A stretch of 58,264 bases of DNA, filler included, from Basidioascus undulatus (GCA_000826855.1; 3 parts of 3 records of this genome joined end to end with filler, not necessarily neighbours in it); one strand, 5' to 3'; shown: positions 12,750 to 24,883, numbered from the whole stretch's first letter. The notes: generated by a model from the sequence alone, not told the origin. Translations and numbers: made by a program.

Positions 12750-13555
12750 CGTCGGTGGAGGGGGGTGAAGGGACGAGGGTGCAGTTGAGCGGATGAGGAT
12801 GTGAGTGTGTGCCAGTGTGCTGGTGCGACTCAAGGGGTGCGAGTGCGAGGTGGTAAGGAAGCTGGGGAGAAGGAAGAGTCCTCGAGGCCCGCCTTTTATC
12901 CCTCGTTCTTATCTCCCGCCAAGATCCCAAATCTTTCTGCAAGCATTCCTAGAAGCACAGCGCGAGGGCCCAGCCCAGCAAGGAATGCGCGCGCGGAAGC
13001 GATGAGGGGGTTCAGTCGACGAAGTTGCGCGCCTCGGTGAGCGGATGCTGATGCGCGGAGTGGTCAGTCCGTTTCGAATTCAGTGAGATGTGGAGCGTTT
13101 GGGACGGTTGAAACGAGAGTGGGGACGTCGGAAATTGCTGTGAGCAGGAGGAGGTTGATGTGTGCGACAAGTGGTTGTTGGTTGAGCGAAGAGGGAAGGC
13201 AGCAGGAAGGGGCTGTGCCTCACTCAACCTGGGACTTCTCGTGCCAGGCTCCCTCCCTTACCCTTCATCAACGCACACTTTCCGCTTGTTTCGGTAATTA
13301 GTCTTGTTTCGGTAATAAAAACTGTCTCGTACTTTCGGGCACCGCCGGCTGCAGCCTTTCCCTTTGAGGCGGGCGCCTCCGAGAGGAGGATTTGAGTAGA
13401 GCGGGCGCCAATCGGCTGCCGAAGTCAAAGCGCAAGTGCTCGAAGGAGATGATCGCAATGTCAGGAGGATGACTCCGACTAGGAGCACGGGCAAGGAGCA
13501 AAAACCGGCGGGGTGGAAGGATCGACCATGCGACTGAAGACGATCGAAAAGGCGG
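12044..13555 (-). repeat. Duplicated unit, copy 1 (orphan gene plus ~800 nt upstream)
   Basis: Colinear similarity to 17451-18890, e.g. ggaggcggggt..cccatgcgc, cgaggccc..ttttatccc, gcgcgcctcggtgagc, cggttgaaacg, gctgtgagcaggagg, gtgcctca, cgtac.ttcgggcacc, atgcgactga. Confidence 0.88.
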
Positions 13556-14960
13556 TGCTACGGAGTCGGAAAGGCTGCTCTTTTTCTCCGCGCCTCCTTC
13601 AAGGCGCCATTTCATGAGGCAATGCTCACCGATTCCAATCCCCACGAGAGGCACTGAAGCTAGCAGCGACCGTCTTCTGTCTCGATCGAAGGATGAGTAT
13701 TTGATGAGGAGTAAAAAGAGCTCGGCTGAGAGCAGTTTCGGGTGCAAGGTGAGATCATGGTGGGCGTCTGAGCGTATTCCGATGTCAAAGGCCCACTGTG
13801 AGGTTAGGTCAAGATGTGGACAACGAAGTAAAGACGTTGGTTCGAACTCGCACCGATCGCAGGGCCACCCGTAACCGTAGCGCAAACACGCAAACTGGAA
13901 CGTACAAGTGTTTTCTGTAGCACCTACTGTTATTGCACTCCATGGCACGCAGTCAAGTTAGTTAGGACACACAGAATACTCCATCCACTGTCGGGTCCGG
14001 CGCCACTGCAGCAGGACAGAACGATAGAGGTCGAGCTGCGCCGCATTGCCGGCCCTTGGCTTGCCAGTGGAGTGTCCGCAAAAGCGGGGTATCTGAAGAA
14101 AGGTCCAACTCGGACAGCTTTCAACCCTTGCATGACAGATCAATTCCCCCTCATAGACAGACTGCCAGACAGGAAATTGATCGGGAAGCAGCTCAAGGAA
14201 ATTTGTGTCACTGAGCGATACCGTGATGGCCTGCATGAGGCGTCTCTTGCCCCATCCCGTGAAGGTCCTGGAAACATTCAATCCACCAAACAACGTCTTG
14301 ATGATGCTTGCACCTCAATGCGAAGTCTGCAAGCTGCGGTCAACGTTGACCTTCACGCAGTTGGATGTTGCACGTGTCGGGCACATACCTCCTCCAAACA
14401 ACCCTTTGCCCCTCGACCCTGAACGACAACATCGAGCTGCAACACATTCCCTCATTCCAACCAATAAGAGTCGAGAGCGGAACCATATTTCCAGCGGGTA
14501 CACTGCACGTGCGCTGGCGGCATCATGGCACAGCCTCGAGGCGGCTCTCGAACCCGCTTCCTGACCGTTATGGCGCCTGCATGGATCGCTGTCCACGTCC
14601 ACGCCGCCGCGTTCGATTCAAATGTAGTTCCCTCGGCTGTACAGTACTATTCTATCTTCAGGCATGGCTCACGACGTTGACCACCCCTTCGCTATTCCGA
14701 GCCTCCTCTCCCACAGACCCCCTCACCCAGAACCCTCACGCTTTGCGTCCGCAGCACAAGGGCAGCGAGGACTCGTCAGACTCTACGGGCGATTAATAGT
14801 TTCCCGAACACACATGATGGGACCGGCAGCCTGACTTGGCTCTTGTTCACCTTTCGTCGAACCCGCCTCATCCTCTTCCCTTTCCTCGTCCCGTTCGACT
14901 TCGCAAGCGCCGCGCCCTCTCCTCTCTCGCCTTCCCCCCAATCGACTCCCGGAATCGCCC

Positions 14961-15396
14961 ATGTTCCCCTCTTCTCTCGTCCCGGTACCCCTAGCGGCGC
15001 TGCTGCTGTGCTTAACCGACGGCGCAGCGGCCTTCCCCCTCCATTTAGGAGTGTGGACGCCGCACCTGACGACCGGCGAGCGCTACGTGTCCGAGCACCT
15101 GCGCGAGCTCTCGGAAGAGAATCTGTCCTGGGGAATGTACCGTGCGTTTCTGTTTACACTCTCCCCTATCGTCCCCGAGCTGACGGATATGTGGTGGGAA
15201 CGTAACGCAAACAACAGCACCCTTGCTCCTTGTTGGCGCCGTGGCACTCCTCGGGTACCTGGCATTCGCATGCAGCACCGCCTCTCTCTTCTTCTCCCGG
15301 TCGCGACGGGGGAACCGGCGGTCGGAGTGGGAGGAGGCGGGATTGAGCCGGGCGCCACTGGGGGCGTTGATCAAAGGGCTGAGCAGCGAGCGGTGA
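14961..15396 (+). CDS. Small (~119 aa) signal-peptide plus single-TM orphan membrane protein
   Basis: Exon 1 MFPSSLVPVPLAALLLCLTDGAAAF...SWGMY; intron 15142-15217 (gtgcgt...ctgac...cag); exon 2 in frame PPLLLVGAVALLGYLAFACSTASLFFSRSRRGNRR...ER*. Confidence 0.6.
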
Positions 15397-16192
15397 GTTC
15401 CACTGTGGGAATATCGATGATTTCTACGCGTTCGGACTGAATATGGCTTGGGGTGGTCTCCAGGTTTCCTTCACGGCATATTGTGGAGGTGCAGGCGGAG
15501 AAGGCCGGGAGAGCGAAGCCGGAGGCCACAGGAGAGAAGCGGTATCTGCCGCAGCGGATACCTTCTTGACGACTGTGCGAGCTGTACCCTACGATGATCA
15601 CTGGTATCCTGTTGTACTGTGGATTAGCATAACCTCATATCTGCTTGATCAGACTGCCGGGCTGTTGCGCTTTCGCAGGAAAGCGCTGTCACCTGGGAGA
15701 CACCGGTGGCTTCCGCATGCGTGATCTACCTCCCCATGAAGTGGTTGTGGTTGAATTAAATTACATCCACTCGGACAGTCTAGCACCAAGGCGTTAGTGT
15801 GTTTCAGCGGCTGTGGTATGCTGACGCTGTGGTCAGCTGCTGGCATCTCAAGTCCGCATGGCTGTGCCGCTTCGAGCCGCTTCCCACATACAAGAGCTGC
15901 TCTCTACCAACCAGAAGCGATGTGCTCTTGCAGCGAGGTTTGTCAACTTCAGCCATGATGCGTACTGAGAAGTCGACATGCACCCGTCTGCAGCCGACCT
16001 GCAGACAGGAGCAGAGCGACATTCCTGCGGTAAAAACTCTACCCGCGCCGCGCAAACTTGCTGGGAGTAGAGCCGGCCCGAAATCCTTCCGCACCGAGGC
16101 CCGAATAAGCAACAAAGGAACGTTGAAAGAATGAGCGCATGCAGTACACCGGGGAGGTACACCGGGGAGCGGATGAACGGAAGTGTAAGGGC

Positions 16193-17440
16193 TCAGTCCG
16201 ACTGGTTCTTGTCAAAGAAAAGCTCGTCGCTTTCGGGGACGCTGTGGCCAAGTGTGTTGAGGGGGTGTCCGTACTCGACCCAGCCCCTGTAAGAATAGGG
16301 ATGGTGATCAGCAATCAAGCCGATTCTGAACCCTAGCGTTGAGACTCACAGCATGGGAAAGGAAATGTTCCAGCCTGCGAGCTGCTGGAGGCGGATCGGG
16401 AGCTTTTTGACCTTCTCGTGCGCCAGCGCGAGGTACTGCGTTTCCTCCTGGCGGAGAGTGCCGAGCGTCATGCCGTAGGCGGCAATGGTCCGGACGCTGT
16501 CATGCGAACCCGGCTCGCAAACGTTGCTGCCTCCGCCGTGATAGGTGGAACAGAGCATGCTGCGCAGAAGGAAGGAGATCGAGGTGTTCAGGTCCAAGCT
16601 ATATTAGGGAACGTCGCGATGGTCACATGAAAACGTCCCCAATTTCCATCTCCGCCTTGAGTGCGTCCTCGTAGTGAGGCTCGTGATCGTCATGCCACAG
16701 ATGGCTGCCCGGAACAAAAAGGGTGTAGCAGGTAGTTAAACTCAGTGAGCAGGCGCGGAAAGGACTGGCGACAGCAAGACGTGAAAAACTCAGAAAGACG
16801 CACACCGCCGTTCTCAGGCGTCACCTTGGACAGGGCTGAAGAAAAGAGCAATCTGAGCACAGGACGCCAAAGCGGGTTTCCTAAGGATCATGAATCAACC
16901 AACGAAGTTCGACACATCATGACCGGGAGTCCACTCGTCAACCGCCCTCGGACGGGTACGGTGGAAGATGAAGTCGTCCCGGTGGAGGGTCTGTGTTTTT
17001 AAAGGGTACATGTGAGACCATGTTCGCATTCCTTGGCTACTCCATTGTTTGCACTCACCTGGGCTTCGTCTCCTGGGTGAATTTCAAGAATACCGGTTAC
17101 GTTGACCTGGGGGAGCGAAGTGGACCACTTCGGCTCTTTGTCCAAGCGCATTCTGTTTCGCTGGGTGAGAACCTTGCCAGCCATATCCAGAATCACATCA
17201 TTGAGCGCGACCCTGCCGCCGTCACATGGTCACAAGTAAGCGAAAATGCCGGCCGATATGTTGTGTGAGTTGTATGGGGGATGCATACTTGTGTGCGTAG
17301 GTCTCAGACTTGGTGATCAGGCCGCCGGCCTTCCGGGTAGTGGTCGGGAAGAAGCGCGTCCCTGCGGTGCGGCACACCCGAATGGGCGAGTATTAGAGGT
17401 GATGGCTACAACAATTCAGTAAAGAAAGCTGGACATACCA
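16193..17440 (-). pseudogene. PhyH-family Fe(II)/2-oxoglutarate dioxygenase, 5'-truncated
   Basis: Peptides FFPTTTRKAGGLITKS, LEIHPGDEAQ, LHRDD (HxD), VPGSHLWHDD, AEMEIGDVFM, STYHGGGSN and GTLRQEETQYL; ends DKNQSD*. The N-terminal part is missing and an in-frame TAG sits immediately upstream at 17441-17443. Confidence 0.85.
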
Positions 17441-17450
17441 CTATCGGTCC

Positions 17451-18890
17451 GGAGGCGGGGTAGACAGCCCATGCGCGAACATCGCAGGCTCCGCCACGAC
17501 GATCAGGCGAACGCGCGGCGTGAACGGCGAGGACGCGTCGCTTGTCGGGATGCAGTCGGAGTCGTCAGCGTCGAGCACGTCCAGGATGCGTCGCCGCACA
17601 TCCCGCACGGAGGCGAGGAGCGAGGAGCGAGGAGAGGTGGGCGAGGGAGTTGCGGTGGATCTTGTTGAACACTTCAAGTTAGCCACAACTCTGACAATTG
17701 AAAAAAAAAATGGGAAGAGAGAGGAAGATCTCCTTCTCCAATTGCTCGACTTCGGAAGCGAACGACTCCCGCTCGCCCGCAGGCAGAACTGGGCAGAGCC
17801 CGAAGTCCAGTACTGAATCTCGAGGTCCGGGCAGGGTTGTCCGCCTCCGTGCTATCATGTTAGCCATGAGCAAGCGTGCGCGATTGAGATCATCCTGTGA
17901 TGTGGAGGACTCCCGAAATCATCGAACTCGATCTCCTCCGACAAGACCTCGGCTACGGCGTCTGCCTCCGGGACCTCGACTGCGAGGGTGGGCTCGACGG
18001 GTGGGGCGAGGGCGGAGTGGGTGCGGGGGAGGCGGTGCAGGAGGGGAGTGGTGTGCGTGTTGGTGGCCTCGGCAGAGCGGGTGTGCGGAGCGCGAGGTGG
18101 CGGAGGAGGGAGGGGAGGGAGGGCATCGCATCGGTGGAGGGTGGAGTGAGTGGGGTGGGGCTGTGCGGGTGAATGCGAGTGCGATGGGAGTGTGAAGCGG
18201 AAGTATGAGTGGAAGTGGGGAGAGAGAGTGGCCAACCCCCGAGGCCCAGCTTTTATCCCCCTCCCACTGGGCTTATCTCTCGCCAAGCACCCCCATCCTC
18301 TCCTTGCATTCCTCAGCACAGCACCGCTCATCCCAGCGCACCGAGGAATTCGCGCGAGAGGCAGCTGCGCGCCGCGCGCCTCGGTGAGCCCGAAGCTGAT
18401 GCCCGGCCGCGCGTGAGTGGTCAGTCTGTATCGAAACGCACCTAGTAGCGAAGCGTGCGGAGCGGTTGAAACGGGAGGGAGGAGGTCGGAAAGCGCTGTG
18501 AGCAGGAGGTGGTGGTGGGAGAAGTTGGGAGCGTGGGAGAAGTGGGGGTTAAATGAGCGAGCGAGCAAGGGAGAAAGCACGGAAGGGGCGGTGCCTCAAC
18601 CTGAGACGAGTCGCGCCTGTGCGGCTTACCCTTCGCGTTAGCCTGTCTCGGTAATGAGTTTTATCTCGGTAATGAGAAATGTCGCGTACCTTCGGGCACC
18701 ACCAAGTGCGGCTGTGCGCTTCGAGGCGGACGCCCCGAGGTGGTCCGAGGAGGATGGGTCGCGCGGCGTCGGCTACGTGAGTCAAGGCGCGAAAGTCGGA
18801 CAAGATGGGCGTCTTAGAATGTTTGAGGTTAGGGGTAAGAGAGAAAACGGGCGACTTCGATAATGCGACTGAGACCGTTGGAAAGACTGG
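17451..18890 (-). repeat. Duplicated unit, copy 2 (orphan gene, ATG ~18126, frameshifted)
   Basis: MPSLPSLLRHL / TRSAEATNTHTTPLLHRLPRTHSA..EEIEFDDF / PCPDLEIQY / SFASEVEQLEKE / SLLASVRD; direct-orientation homologue of 12044-13555. Confidence 0.88.
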
Positions 18891-19391
18891 GATGGAGTGC
18901 GGCCGGAGAGATATAGGCGGGGGAGATGGTGGAGGGAAGGGGCCAGCATTTAAAATTCAGAGGATAGCCGCCGAGTTCCTGCGCAAGTATGCTGGGCCGC
19001 AGCGAAGTCGCCGGGCTTCGGAAGAGATGTGAGAGGAAGGAAGGAGGAAGTGTGCAGCGAGGGCGATGGGAGGCAGGAAACGGTGGGGAGGTCAGTGTGG
19101 TCCCGCCAGGCGCCGTAGCGAGTGGAGACCTGCGAGAGGGACTCCGAAGCGTGCGGAGCGCGTGTTGTGCGTTGATATCGACGCGGATTCGGATAGTACA
19201 AGAATACAGGAAAAGCTTCCTCGAAAGCGACCCAGTCAGTCCTCGTCGTCCTCCTCCCTGAAGCGCGGATTCTACCCCCGCCCACACTTCCTCTTCAATG
19301 GCCAGCCCAGCAATCACGACCCAAGAGACAGAAAGCCAGCGACTCACCTCCCTCTATGAGCCCGAGCTCAGGTTGGTCTCGTCCTGACTCA

Positions 19392-19491
19392 NNNNNNNNN
19401 NNNNNNNNNNNNNNNNNNNNNNNNNNNNNNNNNNNTTAATTAATTAANNNNNNNNNNNNNNNNNNNNNNNNNNNNNNNNNNNNNNNNNNNN
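19392..19491. other. Assembly gap with artificial all-frame stop linker
   Basis: 100-nt N run with central TTAATTAATTAA; same design at 38833. Confidence 0.97.
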
Positions 19492-19778
19492 GCGAAGGCG
19501 GTGGTGGCGGAGGAAGGGGGAAGGAGAAGGAGAAGGAGGGGGCGGACAAGAAGGATGGAGGGGAGAAGAAGAAAGAGAAGGTGAAGGAGAAGGAGAAAGA
19601 AAAGGAGAAGGAGAAGGGCGCTGCGCCGGCGCCTGCGCGGAGAGGTGGTTGCGGGGCGGGCGCGGGTGTGGAGAAGAAAAAGGGCGAGGGGGAGAAGAAG
19701 GATGCTCCTGCTGGGGCTGCGGGAGGCGAGCGCTCGGACGCTACGGCGGCGGGGACGCCGATGAGCGTGTCTTCCTGA
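19492..19778 (+). CDS. 3' end of a Lys/Glu-rich protein truncated by the gap
   Basis: KEKEKEKEKEKGAAPAPARRGG...AGTPMSVSS*; low complexity, no domain. Confidence 0.45.
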
Positions 19779-20080
19779 CGGGCGTGGAACGGAAGGGATG
19801 GGTGGATGGATGGGAAGATGGAATGAGGGACAAGCTAGAATACCTAGACCACGCAAGCAGAGCAGAGCAGAGCTTGATGCATAAGTTATACCAGCTGTGT
19901 TTCGGGCTGCGTTTGGCTGCATTCACGCAGTTCTGGTTACGGGGACGAAGATGTACATGGGTTACAGCTGTACCGGGCTGACTACAGACAGCAAGTACAA
20001 GGGGGCGTCTTCCAATGATGTCGAATAAAGTTGACATTGCAGAATCCGCAACAAAAGGGAGAGTACAATGCATCTGTTCT

Positions 20081-21293
20081 GTTCAAGCGACCGTCCCCTC
20101 CGCAAGAGGCGACCCCTCCGGGAAGAGCCACACCTCGGGCGTGAGCACCGCGTCCACGCCGCGGTCGTGTGGCACGATCGGGATGGACTCGCCTGGCGGG
20201 AGGACCTGGTTTGAGAGGCCGAGTCTCCAACTCGCGTGGGGTGAGTTAGTGAGTGGGGGAAGGGCGAGTAGTGGGGGAACTCAAAAGGGGGACTACGAAC
20301 CGATCGTTGTGGATGGTTTGCCGGTGCGCGAGGCGTATTCGGCGAGTTAGAGGAGATAGGGGTCGTAAAATCCCTAGCCAAAAATCGAAAATACGGCCGC
20401 GAGATGAGTGTGAGAAAGTGAGAGGAGTGAGGGGAGGGAAAGCGAAAGAAAGGAGGGGAGAGAAAGGGCATACCTTTCCGCGCCCAAGACGGTTGAAGGA
20501 CCGGTCGAAGACGACTCCTGGAGTGCATGTTACCCTTCAGATTTCATGTCCGCCTTGTGAAGAGCGCGAGCGGTAGTGCAAGAGAGGAGTACTGACCAGG
20601 AAGCACGATAAGATCCAGCCCCTGGTCCGGGTCCAGCGCGTTTTTCCGCTTCTCCAGCTGGTCGGCTGCGGGATGCCCCAGCTCTTGGGGGCCATCGCCT
20701 CGTACGCCGCGCGATCGGGCAGGTGCACCATGCTCATCTCCTGCTTCGACCCTGAGGGGAGCGCCGCGGCCGGCGCGGAGAGGGACGGTGTCGTGGGCGT
20801 GATGTAGAGGACGAAGAGTTCTTGCCTGGGGATTCGGGAGAAGGGATAAAAGACAGGAAATTATGTGCTTAAGGTTGAGAAAATTACCCGAGGAAAGGAT
20901 ATGGTGCGTTAGGTCGACTGTCTTCAGCTCGTGCTCGGGCACGGAGGCGTAGTCCCGACTGAGCGGGAGCGGGCGTAAAGGGAGGAGGATATGAGGTGAA
21001 GGGTGGCTCCCTGGCTATGTTTTTTGGTATGAGGGAGGTGATTCCGGGTAAATGTTGGATCAGACGTTTGGTGCTCGAGAGGAAAGAAAAGGGTGCACAC
21101 TGCTCCGCTATGCTCGACGGGGGGACGGTGTTGACCAGAGCTGTGTACTTCTGGCACATGGCGCTCTTAATGGCGACGCTGAAATTAAATCCCGATCGAA
21201 TGTACAGTGAGAGGGGATGTGTCGAAATATCAGAAGACCGAAGGATGTGAGTGGTCTGCGAGGGAGGAAGACGGACATGGACTTGTTGGCCAT
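20081..21293 (-). pseudogene. 5-formyltetrahydrofolate cyclo-ligase (FAU1/MTHFS-like) with apparent frameshifts
   Basis: Peptides KSWGIPQP, GLDLIVLPG, VVFDRSFNRLGRGK and IPIVPHDRGVDAVLTP. Frame breaks at ~20952 (SVG/YASVPEHE) and ~20662 (IPQP/DQLEKRKNALD). Confidence 0.82.
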
Positions 21294-21795
21294 TTCTTCT
21301 TCGAGATGGTTGAGGGCGGGCAGGGATATCAGTATGGAAAGTCAGTATGGAGTGTGGGGGTGGTCAGGAGTTAGGGAGGGAGGAATGGATGCGGGATGGA
21401 GGTAGAGGGTAAGGGAGAAGACGGGCGAGGAGCGATTGCAACGGCGGTCGATGACGTCGTTTCTGAGCGCAGTTGAGCTCGATAGCGCCTCGCTGAGGGT
21501 GCAGTGTATCGTGCAGGCATCGAAAGATACTTGCCACGAGTGCTGAAGATTTGGTGAGTAGGGTTTGTTCCTAGAAACACTTTCGATCCTAGCGTACGTA
21601 ATGGGGGTTCAACAGCAGCGGCCATGCAACAGTAGCGATTGTCGGACTGCAGCCGCCGGGCACATTATGGCACCGTTTGGAACAGTTCAACCTCGGCACA
21701 CTCCTTTTTTTCTTTCAGGTTTGGGGATTTTTTGAATTATTTGAATTCCCTAAGGAACAGTTGAAAGATAATGCTTAAATTCTCATGGCTCCCCG

Positions 21796-23580
21796 TCACG
21801 CAGCCCGAGCGCCCAACATCTCCCACCGCACCACATACGCCCTGTCCCCCTCCTCAAGGAGGCGACAGTACGGACTCATACTGTGCTCCATCAGCGGATT
21901 CCCGAGTATGTCTCCACCTTTGAGGCGTACGGGCTCTCCGACGTGCTCCCACAATCCGCACGAGCGCGAGCTTAGCAGGCGAGGCACCGCGTCAGAGGGG
22001 GTGTAGACGCGGTAAGAGGTTTGCTATTCAGCGGCCACGTTGCGGGAGAAGAATTCGACGAACGCGCCGTCCCCAATTTTGGGGCAGGCGAAGGTGACGT
22101 GGAAGATGCGGGCGTGCGAGAAGGGAGAGTCGGGCGGCGGCGGGTCGCTGAGGTGGACCGAGCACAAGATCAGCTCAAAGTAGAATTCAGAAGGAGGGTC
22201 TGAAAAAATGAAAGGAACGCACCGTTCATTCCGACCCTTCCCGCTGGACGCGGGCGCGAGGTCGGCAGCGTGTGCCGCAGGCTGAGCGTTGCGAGATTGG
22301 CAGTGAAGGGAGAAGACGTGCATCCGACAGTATGGTCAGCCTCAGCGTGGCGAAGAAAGGATAGTTTTCACAAAAAAGAAGTCCTTGAGCGCGCCCTCGG
22401 TGCGGCTGCAGCACCCATGCGCATCATGATGTCGAGAGCTGCGATGCTGCAAGGGCGAATGGGGGATCAGCTCTAGCCTCTTTCAGTCGCACTGTAAACC
22501 ACAATCGCATACGCCGAGACCGCTCCGCCCATCGAATGCCCAGCGATGAACACTTCGACGTCCTCGCCCGTCCGCCGCGCCTCCCCAAACGACGCCTCAC
22601 GAAACCCAGCGCCCTGTCCTCCCGAAACTCGCTGACCCCACCCATTTCTCCCCGATATATCCCGAGAAGTTCCCCTCCAGCGTAGCCCAGAGAGCCCACC
22701 ACCCGGGCTGGACCCATCTCTGCGGCGCGATGTCCGCCTCCCACTCCTTCTGCCGCAGCACCTTCCCTTTGACCACCTTCGGTACCTCCTTGAACCACCC
22801 CTGCGCGGCCTTGCGCTTCGCAAGGTCTACGTCGACCCACCCCGGCGTGGTAAGGACACCACGCGAGGAGCAGGTTCCGACCCCAGTCGACTTTGCTTCG
22901 AGCCGCGGAGCCGAGGAGGATGCGCCGCGACGGGGGAGAGTGGAGGAGGTCGATGTGTAGCGCACGACGGCGAAGAATGCCTCGCTCTGTTGGGCAAGCG
23001 ATCTGGGGTGGGATGTCAGTTGGAGAGGCGCAACGCAGCGGAGGAAACTGTCACAACTGCTTCGAGGTGTGCTCGGAAGGACGACTCGTCAACCTGCAAC
23101 AGTTCAGACGAGTATCGAAACGAAATCAAAGCCGTCAGTGCCCTGGTGGGCCTCGAGGCAACTATTTGCTTAGCGCACCTCGCGTACTGCACCACCGTGA
23201 CCCCGAAGTTCCCACCGACTAGGAGCTGAAGCTGCACCCACAACTCGGTTTCCGCGGCGGCTTGACCGTGATCGTCCGCCGGTTCCGGAAGCGTGTACGC
23301 GAGCCGGGCGACTAGACCACAGCTTGCCCTTCTTCCGGGCCTCGGGGTCTAGCTTGTCGAAAAACTGTCGAGGAGTCGCATGCTCTGTGAGAAGGAGCTC
23401 GCAGTCGCGGCGGCTCTCAGGTCGGCCGTCGACTCACCTGCGGTCGAGTAGGCATGGAAAGGGCTGCTGTCCAGCAGAGGTCAAGTCAGTGTTTTGCGCA
23501 GCCAAGCAGTGAACGGTGCATACCGCAAGAGTCGCCAGTGGCGTAATGTAGAGCAGGGGTCGATCGTGATGCTGAGATGA
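21796..23580 (-). pseudogene. Class 3 lipase (alpha/beta hydrolase), frameshifted; 5' end uncertain
   Basis: VFIAGHSMGGAVS (GxSxG), HVTFACPKIGDGAFVEFF, LWEHVGEP and MEHSMSPY. The preceding WVQPGWWALW frame stops at 22597, before the GHSMG frame. Confidence 0.75.
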
Positions 23581-24133
23581 GAAAAGACTATGGTATTCTA
23601 GTGAAATACGCTCAGAGCCGAGGTTTGGTCAGAAATCAGAATCAGGCGCAACTAGGGGGGTTGATGCTGACATGGCGACGTGACGACGGGGTTGACGGCG
23701 GTCCAAATAACTTGCATGGAGAACACGCCTTGCCAAGCTCGGTGCTTAATCGAATCACAGGCTGACGCTACTCAGGCTGGCGCTACTTCAAAAATTTATC
23801 ATTTAAAAGTTCTCCTCTGTTTGACTTGGAAGTCACTAACTTGACCCTCTCCAGCTAACGGTTCTCTACCGTAACACACCGACGGGGCAAGGTATTCGAA
23901 GCAGTCTAAAGGATTGGGATACTCGTGAGCATGTATTTTCACCTTTCGACTCGTTGAGATTGTGAAAGATAATGCCTTGAGGAGGCAGAGGCGCGTAGGC
24001 TGAAGAATCGTCGTCATGGCTTCGAGGTTCGCTGCGAGGCGGTCCTTCTCCTTCGACCACCATCATCATCATCGGCTGGCCCTCTACCCGCTCGCACAAC
24101 CCAACGACTTCTCCCCACTTCGCACGCCCTGAT

Positions 24134-24883
24134 ATGTCTTACTTCTTGGGGAACCTATTCAAATCTCGCGTTGCCGATGTTTGCCAGAACCGCGGCTTCT
24201 ATCCCTGATGGCCCGCCGCTAAAGGCCTGCGGTCGCTGCAAGGACGGTGCGTCTCGTTTCCGCCTATGTTACGCACCTGGCGCAGCTTTCGTTCAACATG
24301 CTGTAATATACTCCTCAGTCACTACTGCTCCGTCGAGTGCCAGAGGCAGAACTGGCCGCAGCGGAAGCGCAAATGCGCCTACAACTCGACTCTTCGTGCG
24401 CCTATCTCGCAGCTCACGCAGATCCTCGTCGATGCTCTGAAGCATTTGTACCTCAAAAATCGGGAACCTCAAAAATCTCCCGATTTTTGCGACAGGCTAT
24501 CGTCTGCTTTGCTTCGCCGCATCAACTGCATCAACTGCACGAGCCAAGCTTTGCTCATTACCGTGTCACCCATAAGCATCGAGCCGCCTCGCTTCGAGCA
24601 GGCGACGTATGAGGTCCTATATATCGACGTGGTACTTGGAAGTCTTGCAGAGGAAGCAGGCCCGGCAGTCATACGAGACTTTGAGGCCTCCCAGAAGAGC
24701 ACTGCGTGGAGACCTTGCAGGTCTTGCAAAGGGCGCAAGTGGCATTGCGATGCTTATCCTTCGGTTCGACAATATGGACTAGATACCTATGACGAGGTGA
24801 CGGAGAAGGCGGTGGCGAGACGGGACGCTTTCGACCCGTCGCGTTGGTGGGACCAGTTCCGGGAGATCATTCGGGAGGATTAG
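24134..24883 (+). pseudogene. Degenerate MYND zinc-finger protein
   Basis: VCQN/..LKACGRCKD|HYCSVECQRQNWPQRKRKC. Frame break at ~24190 and the usual His ligand (WPxHK) reads Arg. Confidence 0.7.

Noticed and set aside
13600..14600. Coding-looking fragments, possibly a decayed gene
   Set aside because: Frequent stops and no recognisable motif; cannot be assigned by eye.
16143..16169. 13-nt tandem duplication gtacaccggggag x2
   Set aside because: Simple slippage duplication in a 3' flank.
19436..19447. TTAATTAATTAA palindrome inside N runs (also 38877-38888)
   Set aside because: Artificial scaffolding linker, not a piggyBac TTAA site or other biological element.
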